Source of the DNA: an uncultured Lachnospiraceae bacterium
GTDB lineage: Bacteria; Bacillota; Clostridia; Lachnospirales; Lachnospiraceae
NCBI GenBank assembly: GCA_902775485.1
Contig: CACYMJ010000002.1
Location: forward strand, 48,031 to 112,030
Direction of reading: 5' to 3'
DNA: 64,000 nt
The notes beneath the pieces are model-generated. The model searched no databases. It was not told the origin of the DNA and worked only from the letters and a program-made list of their open reading frames with translations. Every line of letters starts with the position of its first letter. The first letter of the stretch is position 1. Below, piece by piece: positions 28,082 to 39,075 of the stretch. The position numbers and the translations under genes were made by a program.

Positions 28082-29923
28082 TTATAATCCCAGCATGTCC
28101 ATATCCGGCTGCAGCTCGCCCGCTTTGCTGTTTACGAGCACTGTCATCCCCTCGTGTATCTGATTGCTTATAACCTCGGTATAATAGTCACTTTCAAGGC
28201 CGATCTGTACGGGTATCTCCTTCGCCTTCGATTTGTCGACGGGCATTCCGGATTTTACGGCATCACCCGACTGATCGCTGTTCTTTATAAGGCCGTCCAT
28301 TCCGATAACCTGGATTCCGAGAATGCTCTTGCCTTCATCATCCTTCTTGTCCGCCTGCGCGGCCGCTGTATCATCAAGAGCATATATAACAAACTGACCG
28401 CCTTCCTTTTCCTCGATCGCATCGTAAGGAACAGCAAGCACATTATCGTGGGTATCCACAAGAATGTTAAGCTTCGCGCTCATTCCGAGCCTGAGTCTGT
28501 CATCCTTTTTCACGATATCCATCTTAACTTCATAAGTGTTGGTAGACGTATTGTTCTGACTCACTGTGGCGGTCGGTGCAATGAATGTTATCCTTCCCTC
28601 GAGTTCATCCTCACCGGTCGCATCCGTCATTATCGCTACTTTCTGGCCGATCTTTACATTGTTTATATCGTACTCGTCAACCTGCGTTGTCACTTCGAAA
28701 ACATCGACTGCCTGTACCGTAAACAGTGCTCCCGCAGACGGCTGGTATCCGTTACCCTCCTGCGCATTCACAGCTGTAACTATGCCGCTTATGGGAGCCG
28801 TGACTATATAGTTGTCAAGGGAATCCTGATTCTGTTCGAGCTGCCTTTCAAGGCTCTTGACTCCGTCATTCGCCATAACGTTGCCTTTGTTAAGCGTATA
28901 GTCGTTCTTCTGGCTGCTGTAGTAACTGTCATAACTTGCCTTATTCTGGGCAACAACCGAGTCATCGTATAGTTTCTGGAATTTCTCAACATTATCCTGT
29001 GCCGAGATCTCCTTTTGTTCCCAGGTTTTGATACCGCCGTTGTCCCAATCTTTTATGCGTGAATCATATGTTGTTACAATATTCTTAAGATCCTCTATTA
29101 AAAATGACAATTGCTTCGTTTCTTCCTCTGTACGCTGCGCTTGCGGATCATTAAACTCCTGCTGCCTATCATATAATTCGCTCTTTTTCGCATCTATATT
29201 ATCCCTGGCTTCCTCGTACTTCCTTTTGTAGTCGCCCTTCTGATCACAGACATCCTGCAGATCGCGTCTTGCCTTCTGCAGGTCCTCCCAGGCTCTCGTC
29301 ACATCCTGGTATGACTTTGCGACATTATAGAAATACAGGCCGTTGTTATCCTGATAAGTGCTGACCCTGTCTCCGCCGTCAAGTGCTTTCTTCTGCTTCT
29401 CTTCGGTTATATCCTCTTCAATCTGGTCTATCTTCTTGTTGATATCTTCAAATGAGAACGCAACAACGATATCGCCCTTTTGGACCATATCTCCGACCTT
29501 GAAATTAACCTTGTCGATCTTAACTCCGGAAAGCGGACTCGTAATTGTGCGGACATCCTTACTCTGAATGGTACCTGTTGTGCTTATAGCCTTTGACAGA
29601 TCCATTCTCGTGATCTCGGCTGTTGTGGTATTGCTGTTGGCAAGCGCATCCGCGATCTTGTCCTTTGCCTGATATACAGCGTAGACGATACGGCCGATGA
29701 TAACCGCTGCGACGAGTACGATCACTAGCGGAACTATCCATTTTTTCTTCTTTCCGGAACGAAACTGCTGAACTGATGTGTCAGGAGTTTTCTGTTCTTT
29801 TTCTTTTTTCTTTTTTTGGGGTTTTTCCTTTATTTCTTCAGATATGTCTTCGATATCGGAATTGGATTCTTCCTGCAAAGAGATATTATCAGACTCTGCA
29901 GTACTCATGACTCCCCTATCCAT
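28082..29923 (-). CDS. HlyD/MacA-family periplasmic adaptor with a long K/E-rich N-terminal tail
   Basis: Single TM, coiled-coil hairpin, beta-barrel (TAPISGIVT…). The start is placed at MDRGVMS; the ORF track extends to 30037. Confidence 0.8.
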   Translation of the reverse strand: MDRGVMSTAESDNISLQEESNSDIEDISEEIKEKPQKKKKEKEQKTPDTSVQQFRSGKKKKWIVPLVIVLVAAVIIGRIVYAVYQAKDKIADALANSNTTTAEITRMDLSKAISTTGTIQSKDVRTITSPLSGVKIDKVNFKVGDMVQKGDIVVAFSFEDINKKIDQIEEDITEEKQKKALDGGDRVSTYQDNNGLYFYNVAKSYQDVTRAWEDLQKARRDLQDVCDQKGDYKRKYEEARDNIDAKKSELYDRQQEFNDPQAQRTEEETKQLSFLIEDLKNIVTTYDSRIKDWDNGGIKTWEQKEISAQDNVEKFQKLYDDSVVAQNKASYDSYYSSQKNDYTLNKGNVMANDGVKSLERQLEQNQDSLDNYIVTAPISGIVTAVNAQEGNGYQPSAGALFTVQAVDVFEVTTQVDEYDINNVKIGQKVAIMTDATGEDELEGRITFIAPTATVSQNNTSTNTYEVKMDIVKKDDRLRLGMSAKLNILVDTHDNVLAVPYDAIEEKEGGQFVIYALDDTAAAQADKKDDEGKSILGIQVIGMDGLIKNSDQSGDAVKSGMPVDKSKAKEIPVQIGLESDYYTEVISNQIHEGMTVLVNSKAGELQPDMDMLGL

Positions 29924-30111
29924 TTCTTCACTCAATCTCTCACCCTCCGGTTGTAGCAACCTCAAATCCCCGTATGCCCCCTTCAAAGCATACCAACACC
30001 CATATATTGTACTATATTTTATTTCCATATACAACAAATAGTTGCCGTATAACGCGTAAAAATCAACTGATATTAGTCCTTCAAAGCAGTACGCTGTGGT
30101 ATAATCGGAGT

Positions 30112-30495
30112 ATGAAAAAAAGATCGGGTATAAACATCAGAAAATGGTGTATCGAACACGAAAAATACGTGGAGCACACGCTTTTGTCCGCTTCATCATC
30201 CGAAGAGGTTGACCGTCTTCGGATGATACATGCCCAAAAGCTCGAATGGCTGATGCATGAGCGTCTCATACATCTTATCGTCCTGCTCATTACCGTAATC
30301 CTTGTATTGTTTTCGATGACACTTATCCTGTTTCTTCCGGAAACAATTCCGGGAGCGCTTGTGATGTTTGTGATCACATTTGTATTGGCATGCTTTTACG
30401 TACGGCACTATTTTTTCCTTGAAAACACGGTCCAGCACTGGTACGAACTGGATATGGAGATCAAAAATCGGTCGGATAAGCAAGACGGGGGATGA
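30112..30495 (+). CDS. small membrane protein
   Basis: MKKRSGINIRK… with two TM helices. Its stop abuts the moxR start. Confidence 0.5.
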   Translation: MKKRSGINIRKWCIEHEKYVEHTLLSASSSEEVDRLRMIHAQKLEWLMHERLIHLIVLLITVILVLFSMTLILFLPETIPGALVMFVITFVLACFYVRHYFFLENTVQHWYELDMEIKNRSDKQDGG

Positions 30496-30496
30496 C

Positions 30497-31426
30497 ATGA
30501 ACGGAAAACTAAACGTTTTAAGAGATCAGATCAATAAATACTTTACCGGCAAGGAGGAGATCACCGACAACGTTCTGTGCTGCTTCCTTGCGGGAGGCCA
30601 CCTTCTTCTTGAAGATGTTCCGGGTGTAGGAAAGACAACTCTAGCAAGGACATTTGCAAGATCACTTGGCTTGTCGTTCGGACGCATTCAGTTCACGCCG
30701 GATACAATGCCTTCGGATATCACGGGACTGTCAATATACGATATGAAAACAGGGGAATTTACGTATCGCCCCGGCGCAGTCATGAAAAACATCGTCCTTG
30801 CCGACGAACTTAACCGTACCGCACCAAAGACACAGTCTGCTCTGCTTGAAGCTATGGCAGAAGGACAGGTGACTGTGGATAATGTCATCCGTCAGCTGCC
30901 AAAACCTTTCATGGTCATCGCCACGCAAAACCCGGCAAGTTTTGCCGGAACATACCCGCTTCCCGAAGCCCAGCTTGACCGTTTCATGATGAAACTTTCC
31001 ATAGGTTATCCTGATGAGGCGGCCGAACTTCAGATGGCCAGGAACCACATTGCCAAAATAAGCGACACCGATGCGGCTGCCGTTGTCAGCTCAGATGACA
31101 TTGCAAGCATGACGGGCGATACAGAGTCGGTACACCTAAGCGATGCGCTTCTTGCATATATGCAGCAGATAACAGACAGGACCCGAATCGATCCGGCGTT
31201 TACGCTCGGAGCAAGCCCCCGTGCCCTGCTCCATCTTGTCGCGATCGTTCGTGCGAGAGCGTACATTCAGGGCCGCGATTATGCAACACCTGATGACGTC
31301 AAGTATATGGCCGTTCCGGTTTTGTCCCACAGACTCGTTCTTACGACCGAAATGCGTCTTCAGAAAAAGAGTGTTTCGGATCTGCTCAATGCGCTCATAC
31401 TGAAGATACCCGTCCCCATGGAATGA
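30497..31426 (+). CDS. moxR: MoxR-family AAA+ ATPase
   Basis: LLLEDVPGVGKTTLA, VLADELNRTAPKTQSALLEAM, ATQNP. Confidence 0.9.
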   Translation: MNGKLNVLRDQINKYFTGKEEITDNVLCCFLAGGHLLLEDVPGVGKTTLARTFARSLGLSFGRIQFTPDTMPSDITGLSIYDMKTGEFTYRPGAVMKNIVLADELNRTAPKTQSALLEAMAEGQVTVDNVIRQLPKPFMVIATQNPASFAGTYPLPEAQLDRFMMKLSIGYPDEAAELQMARNHIAKISDTDAAAVVSSDDIASMTGDTESVHLSDALLAYMQQITDRTRIDPAFTLGASPRALLHLVAIVRARAYIQGRDYATPDDVKYMAVPVLSHRLVLTTEMRLQKKSVSDLLNALILKIPVPME

Positions 31427-31429
31427 CAG

Positions 31430-32587
31430 ATGAATCGACGTAATATACTTATACTGTCTATACTGTTTATCATCGCACTTGTCGGGATATCCTTTCGGGG
31501 TGGCAGCGTGACATACGTTTTTCTCATGCTGACCATGCTTGTTCCCGCTTTGGCCTTAATTTACATATTTCTCGTCATTTCATCCTTGAAGATATACCAG
31601 CGTTCCGACGGGCGGACCATGACGGCTTCCACACCTTCAGACTTCTATATCACACTCAACAATGAATCATTTTTTTCATTTTCATCTGTAAGGATCAGGT
31701 TCTACTCATCGTTTTCCGCTGTTTCCGGACTTGAGGACAATGTCGAGTATGAACTGCCTCCTCACAGCAGCATAACCCGCGCCACAAAGCTTGTCTGCAG
31801 GTACCGCGGTGAGTACAACGTAGGGATCAAGGAGATCGTTGTACGGGATTTTCTCGGATTGTTCAGTATAACCTTTCCGTTAAAAGAGCCGCTCGAGGTC
31901 ATTGTCTCTCCGGCTATGATAAAGCTTGACGCCCTGAGGCATGAGACAGAGTATACCGGTGCCGGAAAAGATACGTTCATCAATCCGACTGATGCAGATA
32001 TCACTGTCAGGGAATACATTCCGGGCGATGACGTCAGGCTCATCCATCACAAGGCAAGTGCCGTGATGCAAAAACCCATGGTAAGAGTCCGGACCGGAAT
32101 TGAAAAGACCGGTGTTGCGCTTATCATGGAAGCCGGACGCTACAGCAGCCTTCCGGAGGATTATCTTCCCGCCGAGAACAGGATAATAGAGAGCACCCTG
32201 GCACTTGCTCTTTATTACATAGAAAGATCGATACCGGTTGATGTCATATATAAAACCGACCGGATCGTATGCGAAGCACTGAGGACACATACCGACTACG
32301 AAAGATTGTATGCATCCTTACGCACCTATTCATTCGGCGGCGCCGATACTTTAACCATGCTTGACGAACTTACCATGACATGCCACACATCCGGCTATCT
32401 TATGCTGTATTACATCTTATGGAAAGTTGATGCGGATATTCTTGATCTTGTAAGGCAAAGTGCCGGTGTTCCTTCGGTTGTTTATATTGCGGATAAAGAA
32501 CCCGGAGACGATACCTGTGCATCCGACGACGGCCGGGTAAGAGTAGTATACACCGGTACCAAACAGGCAACGGAGGATGTGTTATGA
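31430..32587 (+). CDS. DUF58 domain protein
   Basis: Two N-terminal TMs. VREYIPGDDVRLIHHKASA is the DUF58 signature. Position after moxR. Confidence 0.8.
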   Translation: MNRRNILILSILFIIALVGISFRGGSVTYVFLMLTMLVPALALIYIFLVISSLKIYQRSDGRTMTASTPSDFYITLNNESFFSFSSVRIRFYSSFSAVSGLEDNVEYELPPHSSITRATKLVCRYRGEYNVGIKEIVVRDFLGLFSITFPLKEPLEVIVSPAMIKLDALRHETEYTGAGKDTFINPTDADITVREYIPGDDVRLIHHKASAVMQKPMVRVRTGIEKTGVALIMEAGRYSSLPEDYLPAENRIIESTLALALYYIERSIPVDVIYKTDRIVCEALRTHTDYERLYASLRTYSFGGADTLTMLDELTMTCHTSGYLMLYYILWKVDADILDLVRQSAGVPSVVYIADKEPGDDTCASDDGRVRVVYTGTKQATEDVL

Positions 32588-34710
32588 TCATAGCTCTTCT
32601 ATATGACATCATATTCATGCTCCCGCTTGCAGTTTCGTTATCGATGCTTGCAAAGCCTTATTTTGCACCGGATGTTGAAATGTCATGCATCACCGTTGCT
32701 GCCGTTATCTCTTCACTGTATCTTCTGATCATAAAACACGTCAGATTGCGGCAGCGTCTGCTAGCTGTCGGGATCGCTGCCGCATTTTTTGCAGCCTTCG
32801 TATTCGTCCGCAAGCCGGGCATGCGTCTCAATTATGTCATCGAGCACAAATGGATTATGATCATTTTAGTGATCGCAGTACTATGCCTTCTCACTCGTGT
32901 ATTTATCAATACCAGCCCTGCTCTAAGGATTGCGGTCGCTTCTGCCATGTTTTTACCTCTCCCGCTGTCACTCGCCAACAGGTTCGTACTCCCGCACGCC
33001 TGCGTCCTGATGATATTCATGTACTGCATCACAACATTTGCCGACGAATTGCAGCGCCGCGGGCATAAATCAGGTGATACCTCCGTCGAAAAGCATACAG
33101 TATTTACATTTCCGTTTCTTCTGGCAGTGTTTTTGACCGCCGCGATCCCAAAGATTCCCAAAGAGCCGTATGACTGGGGATTCGTCAGAAAAATGGCCGA
33201 CAGCCTGCAGAATACCGCTGCATACATAAACAGGTTTTTTACCGGAACGGGTTGGGACGGCAGCAGTCCCTTTATAGGTTTTTCCGACAACGGAAGATTC
33301 GGCGGGAATCTTACCGGGGGAAGTTATATGGTTATGGACATAACCTCATCTGCCGGTAGCGATCCGTATCTGTATCTTGCCGGCAGGCGGTACGACACTT
33401 TTGACGGGCAGGTCTGGTCGGGAGATGATCCCGGGATAACAGATGCATATTTTGATTCCATCGAAACGATGAGCGCGGCTCTTGACTGCTCGTATGAGTC
33501 ATCATGTGATCTGAATGATTATGCACGATCCGTTACTGTGACTGTCAATAAAAATCGGACCGGAACCGAGCGTTTTTTCGCACCTTCAAAACCCGTACCG
33601 CCAACCGGACCGGCTTCGAAAAACAGTCTTACGTATCTTCGCTTTAATACCGGGTCTCCGGAATTTACGGCTCTTCTCGAAAATGGTCACAGCATCGATA
33701 AAGATCTGTGGGATCTGGCAAGGGGTGAGATCGGCCTTTCCGATGCGGCATTTGATCATGCAGCATACGAAAGATATGTCAGCAGCACTGCGGCAAGATA
33801 CCTTCCCGAAACCACGATCTCCAAACGTGCCCGGATGTATGTTGACAAACTTGTAAATGACTGTTCGGGCGACTATGAAAAACTATGCCGTATCGAGGCT
33901 GCACTTGGATCCGGCCGCTATTCAGACAGTCCGGGCAGCCTCCCTCAGACATTATCAGACGAGGCTGACTATCTGGATTACTTCCTGTTTGAAAAGCAGG
34001 AAGGATACTGCAGTTACTACGCAACGGCTTTTGTCCTGATGGCCAGGTACTGCGGTATTCCCGCAAGAATGGTTCAGGGATACAGGGTGCCGGCAGGCAG
34101 CGCTCTTCACCTGAAAGTGATGTCAGACTATGCACATGCCTGGGCGGAAGGCTATATCGAAGGGATCGGATGGGTTGTATTTGAGCCCACTCCCGGAATG
34201 AAATCCGTCAAAGACCCATCAGGCTGGGCAAAGGCGGCCGCATCATCCGACTATTACAGCGATCATTACAAGCAGAGCGATACAGATCCATCCTCTTTAT
34301 CGTCCCCCAAAAAGGATACGGATGATCTCTCACTTCCGCTCCTTCGTATTATAATACCTACGGTTTTCAGCATATTATTTGCCATGATTCTTATTGTATC
34401 CGACATTCTCCGCAAAAAGCGCAGATACAGACTGTCGGATAACCGGACCAAAGCTCTGTGGATGTGTAAAAGATGCATGCGGTTTTTAGGAAAGCGGGGA
34501 TTTGCAGCAATGGATAATGAAACTCTGAGCGAATACAGGTTCAGACAATCCGGTATCATCATTCCCGAATATATTGACTTTCTGACCGTATACGAGCGTA
34601 TCCTGTACTCGGATGCAGCTGTGAGTGCAGAGGATGTAGCATATCTTGAAACATCATACGAAAAGCTCAGAAAGGCCGGGCGTAAAAACATTGTTGTCCA
34701 CAACATCTGA
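32584..34710 (+). CDS. membrane transglutaminase-like protein
   Basis: QEGYCSYYATAFVLMARYCGIPARMVQGY … YAHAWAEGY…GWVVFEPT (Cys-His-Asp/Glu core). Multi-TM N-terminus. Confidence 0.85.
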   Translation: MIIALLYDIIFMLPLAVSLSMLAKPYFAPDVEMSCITVAAVISSLYLLIIKHVRLRQRLLAVGIAAAFFAAFVFVRKPGMRLNYVIEHKWIMIILVIAVLCLLTRVFINTSPALRIAVASAMFLPLPLSLANRFVLPHACVLMIFMYCITTFADELQRRGHKSGDTSVEKHTVFTFPFLLAVFLTAAIPKIPKEPYDWGFVRKMADSLQNTAAYINRFFTGTGWDGSSPFIGFSDNGRFGGNLTGGSYMVMDITSSAGSDPYLYLAGRRYDTFDGQVWSGDDPGITDAYFDSIETMSAALDCSYESSCDLNDYARSVTVTVNKNRTGTERFFAPSKPVPPTGPASKNSLTYLRFNTGSPEFTALLENGHSIDKDLWDLARGEIGLSDAAFDHAAYERYVSSTAARYLPETTISKRARMYVDKLVNDCSGDYEKLCRIEAALGSGRYSDSPGSLPQTLSDEADYLDYFLFEKQEGYCSYYATAFVLMARYCGIPARMVQGYRVPAGSALHLKVMSDYAHAWAEGYIEGIGWVVFEPTPGMKSVKDPSGWAKAAASSDYYSDHYKQSDTDPSSLSSPKKDTDDLSLPLLRIIIPTVFSILFAMILIVSDILRKKRRYRLSDNRTKALWMCKRCMRFLGKRGFAAMDNETLSEYRFRQSGIIIPEYIDFLTVYERILYSDAAVSAEDVAYLETSYEKLRKAGRKNIVVHNI

Positions 34711-34760
34711 TATGTGATAAACTATCCCTGTATTGAGCAAACAAAGCAAAGGATACGGCA

Positions 34761-35342
34761 ATGGAAGACGATATCTTTCTCCAACTTTCCAATCTGCTTA
34801 ACGGAAACGATTCCAAACCGACGCTTTCCTCTTCATCGGGGCCGGCGACACCGTTTGGTGCCCCCGATTCCACCATGTTTACGGAAGATGACATGATAAT
34901 TCCCGACATAAAGCCCAAGAAGGCTGCCGGGGAGAGGCGCAAAATCGTTGTCATCGATGATGATTTTTCAACACTGGATCTTCTGAAGATATATCTTCAG
35001 CGGGATTATGACGTGGAAGTGTTTGACAATCCCAAGAATGCCATATTTTATCTGAACGGAGTTATCCCGGATCTGATCTTCCTGGACTGCTATTTGAATG
35101 TTATGTCAACCAAAAAGGTCCTTGAGATAATAAGGACCTACAAGGAACTGGCCAATGTTCCGATCATATATCTGGCAGAGCCCTCGGAGCAGGCCGCCAT
35201 TGAATCAAAGCTCCCGGAAGGAGTCGTCGATATAATCTCGAGACCCGTCAGCAGAATGGATATGCAGCGAATGCTTGACAGTTATATCCTGCCTGAAGAA
35301 GAGGAAGAGGCCGAAACGTCTGATTCTGACGGAATCCTTTGA
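34761..35342 (+). CDS. orphan receiver-domain protein (CheY-like) with an S/P-rich N-terminal extension
   Basis: KIVVIDDDFSTL…DLIFLDCYL…. Confidence 0.7.
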   Translation: MEDDIFLQLSNLLNGNDSKPTLSSSSGPATPFGAPDSTMFTEDDMIIPDIKPKKAAGERRKIVVIDDDFSTLDLLKIYLQRDYDVEVFDNPKNAIFYLNGVIPDLIFLDCYLNVMSTKKVLEIIRTYKELANVPIIYLAEPSEQAAIESKLPEGVVDIISRPVSRMDMQRMLDSYILPEEEEEAETSDSDGIL

Positions 35343-36761
35343 TCACTGTCCCTGTTCCGTAAATATCATTTCATCTTCCGACACGTTTTCCGATGTACAT
35401 CTGTTCCATTGCGGCAAGTTTTTTCCGTCATATCCGGTACCGTTCGGATCACCGGTCGTTATAAAGTTTACCCAGTAATCACTCATACGCTTTGAAAGCG
35501 CGTAATGAAGACCGCTATACGGTCTCCAGCACTTCGGGACATTCTCAAAGAAAAACCACAGGTCACACGAATGGAAGCATCCCGGATCGTCATACCCCGG
35601 GATCGACGGAGCAAACCTGTACGTATACATCGGAGCTGATACACTCCTTCTCACATGTGCTTTCGCGATATTTCTGACGGTATTTTGTACGAGATTTATT
35701 GTTTTTCTGCCGTTCTTCTCAAATACGTCAGCGAGGATCTCATCACGATCGCTCTTGATCGTATCTGCACGTGCGGGAAGTGCTTCGAAAAATTCATCTT
35801 TTGTGTATCCGGTCATTATCGGGATATCCGGCATTTTTCCGGTCATATACAGTTCATGAGGATCTTCTTTTACATACTCATTATCGATACATGGTACGAA
35901 CCGCGGATGATCCTTGGCATATTCGGCGTAAAGATCTCTGAGCTTTTTGGCATCGATCTTCCTTGCATCGCTGATAGTGGCACAACCGATAAACTCCAGG
36001 AACGCTCTTCCGTTCTCTTCCATCATCGGTATGTTTCTGGGCTGGATGATCTCGTCCGGATAGAAGGGATTCCTGATCATTCCGCTAATCACAGTCGCCT
36101 TTTTGATCAACTTTGCGCTCTCGCTGTTTGCCAGGGCAAAACTGACACTTGCTCCGCCGGCGGACTGTCCGGCCAGCGTGATGTTTTCGGGATCGCCGCC
36201 AAACGCCGAAATATTCCTGTAAACCCATGCGAGTCCGGCCTGCTGGTCAAGCAGTCCGAAGTTTGTCGGATGGGACGGATCTTCTTTTGTCAGCTGTCTG
36301 TGAGCCATAAATCCGAACGCACCAAGGCGGTACGCTATTGTAACGACTATGATCCCCTTTCTTGCAAGGCGCTCTCCGTTAAACTCCATCTCGGAAGTAT
36401 AGCCCCACTGAAATGCCCCGCCGTATATCCATACGAGCACCGGCAGTTTTTCATCCGTGCTCTTTGCGCCGGTCCATACATTCAGGTACAGGCAGTCTTC
36501 ACTTATGGGGATATCGGGATCCACATGAAATTCCCTGCAGTATATGTCATCACCCACACCGGGCTGATCCTGCATCGATATCGGTCCGAACTCATAACAC
36601 GTTCTTACGCCATCCCAGTTTGATGCGCTCTGTGGTGCCCTCCACCGGTTTTCGCCGACAGGCGGTGCGGCAAATGGTATTCCCTTAAAAACCGTGACCC
36701 TCGGATCATCGGCAGGCAGACCTTTGACCGTTCCGTTTTCCGTAACTGCCGTTCTTAACAT
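35343..36761 (-). CDS. type-B carboxylesterase/lipase family protein
   Basis: FKGIPFAAPP, EDCLYLNVW, VWIYGGAF, LAGQSAGG (GxSxG). Confidence 0.85.
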   Translation of the reverse strand: MLRTAVTENGTVKGLPADDPRVTVFKGIPFAAPPVGENRWRAPQSASNWDGVRTCYEFGPISMQDQPGVGDDIYCREFHVDPDIPISEDCLYLNVWTGAKSTDEKLPVLVWIYGGAFQWGYTSEMEFNGERLARKGIIVVTIAYRLGAFGFMAHRQLTKEDPSHPTNFGLLDQQAGLAWVYRNISAFGGDPENITLAGQSAGGASVSFALANSESAKLIKKATVISGMIRNPFYPDEIIQPRNIPMMEENGRAFLEFIGCATISDARKIDAKKLRDLYAEYAKDHPRFVPCIDNEYVKEDPHELYMTGKMPDIPIMTGYTKDEFFEALPARADTIKSDRDEILADVFEKNGRKTINLVQNTVRNIAKAHVRRSVSAPMYTYRFAPSIPGYDDPGCFHSCDLWFFFENVPKCWRPYSGLHYALSKRMSDYWVNFITTGDPNGTGYDGKNLPQWNRCTSENVSEDEMIFTEQGQ

Positions 36762-36779
36762 ATGCTCCTCCGAATAAAT

Positions 36780-38003
36780 CTATTTTCCTTCTTCCGGCGA
36801 CATCTTCATCGATATGATTATGAGCGCCGTTCCTATGATCGATACCATGCTTCCGCACACGAGCATTGCCTTTTCACCCAGGTGGTCAAGTATCACGCCG
36901 CATATAAGGGAACTGAACACTCCCGCAAGGGTAAAACAACTCGTTACAAAAGCCTGTCCCTTGACCTGATCATGAGCGGAAATATTGGTACTTACATAAT
37001 ATGCGGATGCCGGGATGAACACGGCATAGGCCAGCATCTGCATGGCCTGACTGGCATAAACCATCGGAATGTTTACGGCCAGCATCATAATGACCGCTTT
37101 TACCGTAAATGATATGCCCGCTAAAACGAGCATGAATCTCATGCTTATCTTTTTGCTCGCCGCCGATATAAATGCCATCGTCGGCAATTCCAGAAGCGCT
37201 GCGATAAATGTTGCAATGCCCAGATTTGATTCGCTTCCTCCGAGCGGCCTGATTATCTGTATCAGATAGTCATTGAGCATGTTATGCGTAAAGAACAAAA
37301 ATACGGTTGCGGCAAGCATGACCATAAATGCTGGATATGCCCTGACAAACTGGACGATCGTCCTTCCCCGGCCGTTATCTTTTGTATCGGCAGGTGCATC
37401 ACCCGGATCTTCGCGATCCTCATCCTCTGCCGATGATCGTTCGGGAATTCGGAAAAACCAGACGACCACGATCTGTACGAGCATGATAGCGATGTTACAG
37501 TAAAGCAGAACTCGTACACCCTCTGCCTCAACAACTTTTCCGATTATCGCCGAGGTAACGGCGAATCCTGCCGATCCCAGTCCTCTGGCAAGCCCGTAAA
37601 ATATATCGACGCCTTTTAGCCGGTATTCGAAATTCAATGCGGTCATAACCGGCATATATGTGAACTGTATCATATATATAAGAGCATATATGACAAAAAT
37701 GGCCACGCGATTGTCATGCATCAAAAGCAGCAGTCCGGAGCCCGCTGCGATCGCGGCCGCACAGATCATTATCACGTTTCTGTTCGTAAAAAAACCGCCC
37801 CTGTCGATAACAGAGGCAACAACAGGCTGCAAAAGCGCAGACGCGATATTTGCGACAGCAAGAAGTATACCTATCCGGGTATTTGTAAATCCGCGATCAA
37901 GGAGGTATACTGCCGCATACGCATGAACGGTACAAAATGCCGCAAAATAGGACACGTTTATAAGGGTATATCTTAACGTCCAAAACTGTTTTCTCTCATT
38001 CAT
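36780..38003 (-). CDS. MFS transporter
   Basis: 407 aa, 12 predicted TM helices, central charged loop. Confidence 0.8.
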   Translation of the reverse strand: MNERKQFWTLRYTLINVSYFAAFCTVHAYAAVYLLDRGFTNTRIGILLAVANIASALLQPVVASVIDRGGFFTNRNVIMICAAAIAAGSGLLLLMHDNRVAIFVIYALIYMIQFTYMPVMTALNFEYRLKGVDIFYGLARGLGSAGFAVTSAIIGKVVEAEGVRVLLYCNIAIMLVQIVVVWFFRIPERSSAEDEDREDPGDAPADTKDNGRGRTIVQFVRAYPAFMVMLAATVFLFFTHNMLNDYLIQIIRPLGGSESNLGIATFIAALLELPTMAFISAASKKISMRFMLVLAGISFTVKAVIMMLAVNIPMVYASQAMQMLAYAVFIPASAYYVSTNISAHDQVKGQAFVTSCFTLAGVFSSLICGVILDHLGEKAMLVCGSMVSIIGTALIIISMKMSPEEGK

Positions 38004-38125
38004 ACAATCCCCATTTTACAACACTTTGTGACATTTTGAAATCCCACATTTTGTGCTAAAAGGGGTTGACCAATGCAACATATTGCCTTATGATTTCTTT
38101 TAGGGGAAATAAGGGGACTATATAT

Positions 38126-38977
38126 ATGAAGAATCTCAGACGGATATTTATCTGCATATCTTTGATCGCCGTATGCCTTATGATGTCTTCGTGTAACAGC
38201 GGGGAAGAGGCTGCGACGGACAACACCTCAGGCGATGCTGCCGCACCTTCCGAGAGCAAAGACGCATATGAGGAATACATCAGAAATGCCCTTGCAAACA
38301 TAGAGCAAAACGGCTCTCCCGCTGCCAATACCGCTTCGGATACCGCAGGAAGGCCCGAAACAGCCGTAACAGTCGACAGGGATGCCCCATCGATTTCCAA
38401 TGATCCTATGGTATCTTCCATGGAAAGCCCGGATTATACCGATGACCCGTTTGCCGCCAATACGACTCCGGCATCTGTCACCGATACTCCCACTCCCACG
38501 GAGGATGTATCTCCCTCTCCTACCGTTGATCCGAATGCTCCTACACCCACTCCGTATATTACTCCGGAAGAGTTCGATGTCGGAACATGCTGCATATACA
38601 TAAACGGCGAAAGCGATGCCGCATACGGTACCGAGATAGTCACCGCCATCAACAAGATCCGGAAGGATCTGGGTTATACGGAATTCAAAAAAAACAAAAG
38701 TCTTGATGCGTGCGCCGACAGACGTACAAGAGAGATCGCAGCAAATTACAGTCATACACGGCCCAACGGACTGCCGTTCTACTCCGTTGCTCCGGAACAT
38801 TTCAAGGCCGAGATGCTTATAATCAACAACCAGAAAGGTGAAGATACCGCCGATGTTCTGATCAAAAGGGATCCGATATCGCGTAATCTCATCTTTACCA
38901 ATAAATACCAGTCCATCGGGGCTTCGAGTTTCAAATGCAACGGTGTACATTACACCGTGATCTCGTTCGGCTTGTAA
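38126..38977 (+). CDS. CAP (SCP/PR1-like, YkwD-type) domain lipoprotein
   Basis: MKNLRRIFICISLIAVCLMMSSC lipobox, P/T-rich linker, CADRRTREIAANYSHTRPNG CAP core. Confidence 0.75.
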   Translation: MKNLRRIFICISLIAVCLMMSSCNSGEEAATDNTSGDAAAPSESKDAYEEYIRNALANIEQNGSPAANTASDTAGRPETAVTVDRDAPSISNDPMVSSMESPDYTDDPFAANTTPASVTDTPTPTEDVSPSPTVDPNAPTPTPYITPEEFDVGTCCIYINGESDAAYGTEIVTAINKIRKDLGYTEFKKNKSLDACADRRTREIAANYSHTRPNGLPFYSVAPEHFKAEMLIINNQKGEDTADVLIKRDPISRNLIFTNKYQSIGASSFKCNGVHYTVISFGL

Positions 38978-39075
38978 TTTCTACTGTGACATTTTTGTGA
39001 CAGTTTGGAATATATAATACTTCTGTAGAGTTATAAACAGACGGCATCTGCCGTCCACTTAGAGAGGAGAAAATC

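Noticed and set aside
30497-34710. MoxR-DUF58-transglutaminase operon as a novel system
   Set aside because: This is a widespread, well-known conserved gene triad (Bat/MoxR-type). Nothing unusual is seen in the sequence.
35655-36623. 322-aa antisense ORF within the carboxylesterase gene
   Set aside because: Shadow ORF. The sense strand carries GQSAGG and other type-B esterase motifs.
38228-38950. 240-aa antisense ORF within the CAP-domain lipoprotein gene
   Set aside because: Arg/Gly/Cys-rich nonsense composition. The sense strand has a lipobox and a CAP core.
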